From a virus (lineage: Duplodnaviria > Caudoviricetes): a stretch of DNA of 64,000 nt. The position numbers and the translations under genes were made by a program. The notes below the pieces were generated by a model that was given only the letters and a program-made list of their open reading frames with translations, was not told the DNA's origin and did not search any database. Location: IMG/VR virus record IMGVR_UViG_3300043754_000129, positions 96,001 to 160,000 of that record; one strand, written 5' to 3'. Positions 34,701 to 43,900 of the stretch are shown piece after piece (within the stretch, counting starts at the first letter, position 1; each line of letters starts with the position of its first letter).

Positions 34701-36201
34701 CGCCTTTGATGTCGCCAATCGCAGGCGACTCAGCAATCTGCACGTCTTCCTTCGCCACTTTCACGAAGTTCTCGAGCGTGCTCTGACCATCCGGAGCCAC
34801 GATCCGCTTGTAGGCCTGCGAGAGGTTCTGATAGCGACGGTGTTCACCGGCTGAGAGCAGACCGTCTTGTGCCAAGCGATCGCAGATCTTCATGACCGCT
34901 TGATCCGGCGGCAGTGCCACAGGCGCTTCGACGATCACTTCATGCAGCTGGTCTTCTTCCGGCGCAGCCAGATTCGCGATGTGCTCCAGGCGCTCCAGGT
35001 CGGCATCGAGTTGCTTCTCGAGTTCATGGTTGCGCTTGATGTCGGCACCGCGTTCTTCCGGCATCGCCATGGCGGCGGCAATCGTCGCAGCGTCCACGTG
35101 TTGCTTGATCGAGTCCTGGAAGAGCTCCTCGTGCATGCCCACGATGTCCATGTGGTCCGCTTCCACCTTGGATCCCACTTCCTTCGCACCGATCACCGGA
35201 TCCTGGAACGGCTGTTGCACCGTCGTGGAACCATCCGGATTCTGGATGACGTTCGGCGGCGTCTGCGGCGTAGCAATGCTCGGCTCGTCGCCATCCGTGC
35301 TTTGCGCTTCGACTTCCGGCGCGGCAGCCGTACGCACTTCCATCACGCTCATCAGGAGCTTGAGGAAATACTTCTGGATGATCTTCGGCTCCAACCCGTG
35401 CTGGTTCGCCAGCGGGTTCAGCGCCACTTCCGCCGCAGTCGCCACACGCCAGCTATTCAGGAGGCCCAGGTTCAGGACCGCAAAGCGACCCGCTTCCTCG
35501 ATCAGGATGTTCACCCGACCCAGACGATCGTCGGAGATGTGGCTGAGCATCGAACTCTGACGGTTTTCCCCGAGCCACTTCCAGATCTCCAGGATCATCA
35601 GCGATTCATGCGTCGTGAACCGCTTGACCGTGCGCGGGGTCATCGTGTTCAGTTCTGCGGTTTGCAGATCGATCAGCGACGGCAGCACCTTCGGCAGGTT
35701 CAGCGCGAGGAACTGGTGACGATGGCTGTCGTGCGTGAGACTCGACACCTTGCCCCAGAGCGTCTCGGCGATGTTGTGCCACTGATTCAGGTTCGCAAAG
35801 AGCGAACGCGGATAACGGTACAGGCGCCAGAGGAACGCGTAGTTAAAGACGATCATGATCGTCTCGTCACGCGAACCCGTATCGAAGTTGATGAGCTTCT
35901 TGTAGCGACGGTTCTTCTGGAACCATTGCGACGTGAGTGCTTGTGTCGACGTGATGGCAGGGCGTGGGTTGCCAAGGCTCACCGTTTGCTGCATCACGTG
36001 ACTCACCAGGATCGGCTTGGTGATTGCATGGAATTCGGCCTGACGAGCATCAGGTCCCGAATCGATCGGACTGTTCCCCATGAAGTGGAAGATCGACCCG
36101 CGCGGCAGCACGATGTCATTCATCCCCGACAGGAGAGGGCGGATCAGCTGCGACGTGCGTCGAATGCCGAACCGCTTGTAAAACTGATCGAACAGAATCA
36201 T
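31780..36201 (-). CDS. Virion RNA polymerase beta-like subunit (phiKZ gp178-like)
   Basis: 1473 aa; GDKGVFGNQLK, DDPKRTNF, QVRTGYE and LEDSSAIS RpoB-like motifs. Confidence 0.9.
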   Translation of the reverse strand: MILFDQFYKRFGIRRTSQLIRPLLSGMNDIVLPRGSIFHFMGNSPIDSGPDARQAEFHAITKPILVSHVMQQTVSLGNPRPAITSTQALTSQWFQKNRRYKKLINFDTGSRDETIMIVFNYAFLWRLYRYPRSLFANLNQWHNIAETLWGKVSSLTHDSHRHQFLALNLPKVLPSLIDLQTAELNTMTPRTVKRFTTHESLMILEIWKWLGENRQSSMLSHISDDRLGRVNILIEEAGRFAVLNLGLLNSWRVATAAEVALNPLANQHGLEPKIIQKYFLKLLMSVMEVRTAAAPEVEAQSTDGDEPSIATPQTPPNVIQNPDGSTTVQQPFQDPVIGAKEVGSKVEADHMDIVGMHEELFQDSIKQHVDAATIAAAMAMPEERGADIKRNHELEKQLDADLERLEHIANLAAPEEDQLHEVIVEAPVALPPDQAVMKICDRLAQDGLLSAGEHRRYQNLSQAYKRIVAPDGQSTLENFVKVAKEDVQIAESPAIGDIKGVTDKSMLKSTLLTFDSDYIKKVMQKDVASMVLNLQQAGLCLTDYDVEDVDDIMGQYRIYTARVTPVDGASSTLRFRLPVINDDGTFTSNGVKYRVRKQRGDLPIRKIAPDRVALTSYYGKVFVSRSTKKVNDYGAWVTNNIMSMGLDRADGLVTDMHTADVFDNLFPAPKMYSTLAMSFKEFVITPTTYPRTTGALALHFNFDHTQREALVGPAVIKKWEKDGMTVCGRDNANRAVLMDKMGTVYVLADGPMVGGMKLQNPLIALGPMEHLLNLPPEKAPVEFAQVKILGRDVPLAVVLGYEMGISKLVKLLRVEPRRVPAGMRVGLGPDEYAIVFQDETLVFKRTDAFASMVLAGFNEYHRQIRLYPVHEFDKRGVYLNILEGGGASQRYLREIDLQYQLFIDPITKELLEDMKEPTDYQGLLMRACDMLLVETHPDELDSKWMRIKGYERMAGAVYSEIVRSIRVHNGKIGKSRTPIDLNPFQVWKNITQDPAKVQISEINPIQNLKEIEAVTYAGTGGRGGRSMTKATRVYHKNDMGTISEATVDSSDVAINTYTSADPQFTSLRGLSKTYKFEEQGATPLLSSSALLGPGLDRDDPKRTNFTSIQNSHLLACKGYQPAQVRTGYEQVIAHRTGDLFAMTAKKGGKVVSANEHGIVVQYDDGEVKGFELGRRFGDAAGLTVPHLVKSDMKAGHTFMPGELICYNDGFFTKDPLNPGGVMMKNTITVKTVLMEAMTTLEDSSAISKKTAELLSTKLTKTRTIVVNFDQQVHKLLKVGTGVESEDILCVIEDAVTAGNRLFDEQSLDTLRILSAQTPKAKSKGFIERIEVFYHGELEDMSESLRALAVESDRLFLKKSRSVGHKGYTGSVDEGFRVDGNPLLLDTAAIKIYITGDVAVGIGDKGVFGNQLKTVFGEIMEHELLTESGVEVDAVFGATSVANRIVSSPDIIGTTTTLLKVIASKAVKIYNGQT

Positions 36202-36211
36202 GTTTTTCTCG

Positions 36212-37834
36212 TTAGGAAGTCATATTGAAGAGCACGAGATTGACCGTGTCGATAGCGACGCTGGCGAGAGGACGACCATCGGTCCCCACGTAGGCGCGCT
36301 TCGAAGCGAGGAACTCATCGACCTCACGCACCGACTCGTCCGTGTACGTCACGGTAAAGCTGGACGTGTCACCGTCAAAGTCAGCCCCGAGGCGTGCAAG
36401 CTTCGAGGTGTGCGGGCTGATGGAGTTGACGAACTCGCCCCCAGTGATCGGGAACTCATAGGCCACATAGTCTTCCCCGAGCGGACTCCAGTCCGGACCG
36501 AGTTCCTTGCGCACTTCGCGCCGGATCGTGGTCTTCACCTTCATCTTGCTTGGCACGATCGAGCCCACACCCGTAATCGGGTAACGCGTCACAAACGCGG
36601 GGAGCTTGTCCAGTTCCCGGTAGACCGACAGATACAGCAGCTGACAGAACGTGAGCGGCGAGAGATCCTTGGGATCCCGGTCAGCGGGCAACTCATCCAC
36701 GTCCTGCACGAAACGGAACGTACCGTCCGGGCCCTTATACATCAGACCGAGCCAGCGACCGTCAATCTCGAGCGGCTTGTGTCGCATGTCTTCTTCGCTG
36801 AACGCCGTGAGCAACTTCTCGATGCCCTCGTTGGTCATCCAGCGATCGTAGTACTCGGGACGCAGATCGACCGACTCCGCATGCAGGGTCTTCTTGTTCA
36901 CGAGTTTCACCGCACTGCTCGGACCATTGAAGACCTTCGAGAGAAAGCCGTTCTTGATGTGGTAGACGGCTACCGGGCGGGCAGCTTTAACTGCCTGATA
37001 CAAACCGGTCACGGAACTGTTGTAGCCCACGTTACCGGGTGAGCCCAGGTAGTCGCTCGACGTGTTCATCGCCGTGATCACGTTACGCGTGCCGTCGAAG
37101 ATACGTCGGGCTGCCCACTTACTCATGATCAGCTTGCGCTTACCTTCCACCATCGACTCGAGCAAGTCGTAGAGTTGGTTGAAAGTGTTCTGCAAATGCC
37201 AGCGCACCGTGTTCACCATCTCGGGTGTCGTCTTGAGCACTTGCTCGGTGACGGCGTTGCTCTTGGCGATGAGCGAGCGGTAGATCGTGTTGATCTCGTC
37301 TTCGCGCATCCGGCCGTCCGGACCGTACTCCAAGTCACGCATCCCCGCGGGCATCACGAGGATCTTGCTGGTGAGTGCCTTGTCCTTGTACTTCTTGATC
37401 ATGAGGATGTTCTGCTCACGCGTGTCACTCTTCGTGTCCGCGTAGGCGATCTCCTTCCAGTGGCTCACGAAGAACTGAAAGCCCGTGTGACCGTTGATCA
37501 CATCGCTGCGTTCAAAGTCCTTGATCTCGGGGTTCCACGTGGCGTACTGCGTGCCGTTCATGATGTCGGCGTAGAGGCGCTTCAGGGCAACCAGTGCCCG
37601 GAAGATCACCGGGTGAAACACCGGCACCTTGATGTTGATGTAACTGAATCGCCGCATGCGAGCCTCGTCACCGACCTTGCCAAAGATCTCGGTGGAGAAG
37701 AGGCCATTCGGATGCGGCTGCGTGCTGCTGCCTTCCAGAAAATCCAAACTGGTGACCGGCCGCATGTGGGCGACCTTCGCATTAGTCAAGTCCAACAGAC
37801 TGATGTTAAAGGGAATGGCCTGACGCTCGGGCAT
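36212..37834 (-). CDS. Virion RNA polymerase beta-prime-like subunit (phiKZ gp180-like)
   Basis: Catalytic LGADFDGDT; HPNGLFSTEIFG and RYPITG. Confidence 0.92.
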   Translation of the reverse strand: MPERQAIPFNISLLDLTNAKVAHMRPVTSLDFLEGSSTQPHPNGLFSTEIFGKVGDEARMRRFSYINIKVPVFHPVIFRALVALKRLYADIMNGTQYATWNPEIKDFERSDVINGHTGFQFFVSHWKEIAYADTKSDTREQNILMIKKYKDKALTSKILVMPAGMRDLEYGPDGRMREDEINTIYRSLIAKSNAVTEQVLKTTPEMVNTVRWHLQNTFNQLYDLLESMVEGKRKLIMSKWAARRIFDGTRNVITAMNTSSDYLGSPGNVGYNSSVTGLYQAVKAARPVAVYHIKNGFLSKVFNGPSSAVKLVNKKTLHAESVDLRPEYYDRWMTNEGIEKLLTAFSEEDMRHKPLEIDGRWLGLMYKGPDGTFRFVQDVDELPADRDPKDLSPLTFCQLLYLSVYRELDKLPAFVTRYPITGVGSIVPSKMKVKTTIRREVRKELGPDWSPLGEDYVAYEFPITGGEFVNSISPHTSKLARLGADFDGDTSSFTVTYTDESVREVDEFLASKRAYVGTDGRPLASVAIDTVNLVLFNMTS

Positions 37835-37911
37835 GTTTCATTCCTTTTACAAGAAAAAAAGCCAAAATCTATGAGGGGTGGTGTACCACTCAAACTTTAG
37901 GTGGGAGCCAT

Positions 37912-40900
37912 ATGGCTAAAGAGTTGAAATTCAAAGATGACAATGACATCGGATTCGACTCCGACCTCAAGATCCCCAGTTTCAGCATGCGCGAGGGGAA
38001 GGTCGGTAAAGATCGAAACCCGGTGCTCAAGGGCATCAAGGATGCTGGCGAAGGCGTGGTAACAGGCATCTGGGATGCCGCTACGTCCGAGAGCTTCATC
38101 AAAAAGGTTCTGAAGCAAGCCCTGCCGGATGGCTATGGGGCTGCTATCGATACCTTCGATTTGGCTGGCCAGAATCTGAAGAAGCTATACGATTCTTCGG
38201 AAAAACAGTTCAAGCCGCTCACGAACGACATCAAGCGCACCGTCGCACGCCTTCTGCCGCAACAAAACAAGGTGATGCCCAAGTCGCTGTACGACGGGCT
38301 TAAGCGCTGGTCGGATTCGGCCGAGGGTTCCTCGACCGGGATGTCGCAGTCGCAGATGCGGGAGAACAACCTCACGGGCACGCTCGGTGAGGTCTTCAAG
38401 TATCAGATCGAAACGGACGCGAAGAACCGCGCCGAAGATCAAGCACGGGCGAACATCAAGGAACAGATTGATACGAACCGGGCCTCCTTCAATATGGAAG
38501 CCCTGAACAGTATCAAGTTCAGCCTGCAACGTCTGGTGGACTACCAAGACAAGGTGACGATCAACTACCAGCGCCGGTCGCTGGAGCTCCAGTATCGTCA
38601 GTACTTCGTGCAACTCGATGCGTTCCAGCATCAGCGCGAAACGAGCATGCAAACGCGTCAGCTGCTCGAAGGCATTCAGAAGAACACAGGTCTGCCCGAC
38701 ATCCGTAAGATCCAGGGTCTCGGGGATTACAAGGACCTGATTCGCAACAAGTTCTTCAACAACATCGGCGGGATGATGTTTGGCGAGCGCTCGATGTTCA
38801 TGCAGCGGATCGTCGAGAACATCCAGAAGGCGTTGGCGGAAAACGTGACGGGCTTCATCAACACGGCCCGCACCAGCATCGCCGGTGCCAACGAGATGGC
38901 GGAGTTCGCCAAGAGCTCGGGGGACATGGGTGGTCCGTCGGGTGCCAACCTCGCCGGTAACATGGCAGGGGACCTGGTCTTCTCGAACCTGGGTGAGAAG
39001 CTCGGCTACAAGGCCTATCAGCACATCCAGAAGATGCCGCAAGCCAAGCACATCAACAAGCTCGGTAAGTGGCTCGACTATCACTTCGGCAATGGTCCGC
39101 AACATCTGACGGAGCTCGCGCACTCGAAGAAGGGTGACGACCTGCCGATGGGTCTGGGCTGGATGGTTCAGTTCGCCAAGCAGATGGTGCACCAGTCGAA
39201 TGTGGTCGACACGGGTCTGCGTCAGGATGACATCCGCAACCTGCAAGAGCCGGCGGTGTTTAACGGCATGGCGCGCAAGTCGCTGACCGAGATCATCCCG
39301 GGCTACCTCGCTCGCATCTATCAGGAACTCCAGATCATCCGCACGGGTGATGCGAAGACGGACCTGATGCTCTTTGACCCGACGAGCAATCGCTTCAAGT
39401 CGGCCAAGGAGACGAGCCTCGGTATCCACAAGCTTCTCTTCAAGAAAGAAGAGATGGCAGCCAACAAGAAGAATCAAGACGACCTGATCACCGAGCTTCA
39501 AAAGAAGAGCGGCATCGAGATCACGCCTGAGATGCGTAAGGACGTGATTGGTCACTTGATGAATCTGAACTTCCAGAACCGTTTGGGCACGCCGAAGAAC
39601 CTGGCGGACCGTTACGCGTACATGGGCGTGAAGGGTGTCAGCAATCCGGGTGCGATGGCGGACATGTTCGCTAAGTACTTTGGCTCGAAGCCGACGCAGG
39701 ACCAGCTGGCGAAGTTCCAGCGCATGATGAATGGTCTCTCTTACGGGATGACCGACAATCGCGGCACGGTGCAGGGTCTGCTCAACATGGGCTACGGGAG
39801 CAATCTCGAAGCCATGGGCATGCTCACGCCGAAGGGGAACTTCAACCTTGATCAGTTCGGCAAGTACTATCAGGGTACGACGTTCGATCCGCAGGGGATG
39901 TACGCGCAAGGTGCGCTCAATACACATCTGGGTCGTGGCAAGACCAAGGTCACGATCAACCGTAACAACTCCACGACGCACAACACGTCGAATACGACCA
40001 ACAACTCGACGGTCAACAACAACATCGAGAATGTGGTCCACAACATCGCGACCGAGATCGCAGCGCGTTTGCATCAGGAATTCACGGTGCAGCCGCCTTC
40101 GGCTCCGAGTTCGATTCCGCCGGTAGCGGCTGCTGTCCACGCCATTCGTCGCAAGAAGTTCCAGACGAGTGCATTGGCGCGTCAGCCGAAGGCAAGTGAG
40201 CACATCACGACGCTCACGGGTCGTCAGATCCATAAGGACCATAACGACGCGTACGTGGCCGCACAAGCGCGTGTACACCGTCTGGCCAATTCTGGCTTTG
40301 GTCGAGCTGCACTCAAGAAGCGTTATCCGGATTGGATGCCGGGCCTCGAACAGTTCCCGCACGCTGCGGTGGACGACGAGTTCCATAAGGCGACGGGTCT
40401 GGATCACCAGAGTGCGATGCATCCGAAGGGATTCGTTGCGTCCGCATTTGGTGCTGGTGCTGTTCCGCGTGGGGATACGATCGGCATGTCGCGTCTGGAG
40501 CAGGCTATTAAGGCTGCAAGCTCCAAGAGTGTGGCAGAACAGATCCTGGAAGAGCTTAAGAAGCTCTCCAGCGGGATCAAGAGCGGCAAGGGTGTCCAAG
40601 TATTCCAGATCAACGGCGAGGACGTTGGAGACCTTCTCCAGCGGTCTGCGCGTCGTGGCACGAACTTCATGGATCAGTCGCTGCGCAATTTCGGCACGGA
40701 CATGGTGAACAACACCGTCAATGTCGGGAAGTGGATCCTGGGTCGCCCCGCTGCGATGGGTCGCATGGCCATGGGTGCCTGGAAGGGTACAAAGGGGCTG
40801 CGTGACAACATCAAGCTCTTCGGTAAGAAGACGGGTGAAGCTGCGCTGAAGGTCGCGTCGCGCTGGGATGACGTGTATCTGCCGGGCGTGGATGAGCCGG

Positions 40901-43900
40901 TGCTCGAAGCGTGGAAGCTGCGTGCTGGCTACTACATCAACGAGAAGGGCGACGCGATCCGTTCGTGGAAGGACATCAACGGCACGATTCGCGATACGAG
41001 CGAGAATAGTGAAGTGCGCCTCTCGGGCTCACAGATCGATCGCGCTTATATCCGCAGCCAAGTCGGTCCGAAGATGCTCAAGGCACTCGGTTCGGTGTGG
41101 AGCTTCGGCTGGAAGAACCTCATGCGCATGAAGCGCGGGATCTTCTCGGTCGTTCCCATGGCTGTCACGATGGCCAAGAAGGGCTGGAACCTCACCAAGA
41201 ACTTGCTGGATCAACCCCAAGACATCTACGTCAAGGGTAAGAGCGATCCGGTGATGAATGCGCGCACGATGCGTGCAGGCTTGTATCGCTCGGCACGGGA
41301 TCTGAATAAGGTCATCCACCGTCCGGGTGATATCGACGGTCCAGTCATTGACACGTCGGTGAATCCGCCGGTGATTGCTCTGACGCGCGAAGATCTGCAA
41401 AACGGGATCTACGATGCGATGGGTAAGCCGATCAAAACGCCGATGCAGAAGATCCTGGGTGCCGCGATGGCCCCACTGCGTTGGTTGAAGAACACGACCA
41501 AGTTTGGGTTTGAGTTCGCCATGGGACTGCTCAAGAAGCCGTTCCAGTATATCGGTCAGTTCTTCACGAACTGGTTTGGTCCGGATGGCCTCGTGATTGC
41601 TGGTTCCAAGACCATCATCACACGCTTGACGGAAATCCGTGACGTGTTGAAGGATCGCCTACCCAATCCGAAGAAGATTCGTCGGGGCTCCTGGGAAGAT
41701 CTGGAGTCGAAGGCGAAGAAGACTGTTGGCGCTGGCTCGAAGGCCTCAGGGCCTAACGTGGACAAGGGCTTCCTCGGCAAGGCTGAGGGCGTCGCTGGGA
41801 ACATGGCCACGGGTCTGCTCGAAAAGCTCGGTCTCATCAAGAAGCAAAAGAAGCCGGGTGAGAAGAGCTGGTGGGATAAGACCGTCGACTGGGGGAAGGA
41901 CAAGGTCGAAGAAGGGGTGAAGGGCTGGGCCTGGGAGAAGGGTGCCGAGAAGGCGAAGGACGTCGGTGGCCGTGTGAAGGACAGCGTCTGGAACCGTATC
42001 AAGAACCGCGGCAAGGCTGCGGCAGGCGATGTGGTTGAAGGCGTGGAGCACGGTGGCAAGAAGGGCTTCTTCCGAGGCGCACTGCATGGTGCCAAGGATC
42101 TGGTGTTTGGTCCGTCGGGTGCAAGCGGCATTGCGGGTAAGGTGGGCGACACGTCGTCGAGCATCTATAAGGCAGTCCGTGAAGGTGTGGCGGACGGCAT
42201 GCAAGATGCGAACGGTGGTGGTATTGGTGACGCCATCAAGAACAAGCTCGAAGACAAGATGCTTGACAAGTTCGGTAAGTTCCGAAAGGCCGGGAAGCTG
42301 GCCCGTCAAGCGCGTACGGCTGGTAAGGTCGTACGGACTGCGCGTGCCGTGGGTACCGCAGCCGAAGTCGCCGAAGCAGGTCTTGGGGCAGCCGAAGTCG
42401 CGGGTGGTGTTGCCGGTGGTGCGGGGCTAGCCACGGGCGCGGGTGGGTTGCTGGCTGAGATGGGCCTGACTGCTGCGGCAGCGGGTGCTGGTATCGGCGG
42501 CACACTCCTGACTGGCGTGACGCTTGCAGCTGGTGTGGCAGCGTCGCTGGGTACGGCAGCACTGGGTATCCTTGCGTCGCCGGTGGTGATCACAGCGGGT
42601 CTGATTGCGGGTGGGATGTATCTCGCGAACAAGGCTCACAATGGCTTGAAGAGTTTCATGCTGCATCGCAAGCTCGGCAAGCTCGGTTTCATGCGGATGG
42701 CGCAGTACGGCTTTACCGAAGATGATACCGATCACATCCGCACCATCCTGGAGTTTGAGCAGACGTTGATGGAGCACGTGACCTACGACGCAGGTGGTCG
42801 CGCACAGCTTGATCACAAGAAGCTCAACTTCAAGGAAGCCCTCGAGCCGTTCGGTATTGATGCAAAGAACCAAGACGATCTGAAGAGCTGGCTCGTTTGG
42901 TTTGCGCAGCGCTTCCGTCCGGTCTTCTTGAACAGCTTGAACGCACTGCGTCAAGTCGACAAGAAGAAGAAGCTCATCGATGTCGACGACCTGAAGAAGG
43001 AAGACAAGGCAGAGTACTTCAAGACTGCCTCGTTCGCAGGGGGTCCGTATCGGATCAACCTGAGTCCTTTCCATCGCTCGAAGTTCCTCTTCATCCACTT
43101 TGGTAGCGACAAGTTGCAAGCCGGTCCGAAGGAAGTTGCCGCAGCAGTCGCGGCCGCTCACAAGGAAGTCGGCGATCCGGATCCGAAGAAGTTGGCAGAG
43201 AAGCAAAAGAAGCTGGCAGCAGCCGGCGTGACTGCTACGGCCTCCGCGATCAACAAGAAGGATGGCAAGAAGGAAGAGCCGCATTCGTTCCTCGGCAAGA
43301 TCGGGGCGAAGGTAGGTTCGGGTCTCGCGATGATTGGCGGGGCCATGCTGGGAGGCGGTCTTGCAGCCATGGCAGGCAAGTGGCTCAAGAACGAGTGGGG
43401 GAAGATTTCGAACAACGCGGACACCAAGGGCATGAGCTTCGGTGACAAACTCGCGGTGTTTCTCTCGCCCTCGCTGCATCACCTGATGACGGGTACGAAG
43501 CTGCATCCGTTCCAGGCGTTGCGCTACCAGGCGTACGGTCTGCACGACTATGACCAAGATAAGGTTGCTGCGCTCGCCGCGCTGGAAGGTCACCTCGGTA
43601 CTCGCCTGAAGTTCTCGGGTGAGGGTGACAAGTCCAAGGTGGAGTTCGTGGGTGACCCGATGGATGTGCTGATGCACTTTGGCGCATCCTTCGATCCGTC
43701 GAATGTGAGTGAGAAGGGTAACAGCAACGCGCATGAATGGTTGGAGTGGTTCATCCGTCGCTTCTTGCCAGTCTACCTCACGTACCGTGGCTCGTTCATG
43801 AAGATCGCCGGTTTCGTCAACTCGGTTGGCGGGGAACCGAACGATGCTCAGGCAGCGCAGCTCGCACCGCTCGTCAATGCGGCTAAGGGTCAAGATGGCG

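Noticed and set aside
31780-37834. Introns or inteins in the vRNAP genes or terL
   Set aside because: ORFs are continuous, of expected length, and show no intein or homing-endonuclease motifs that I could see.
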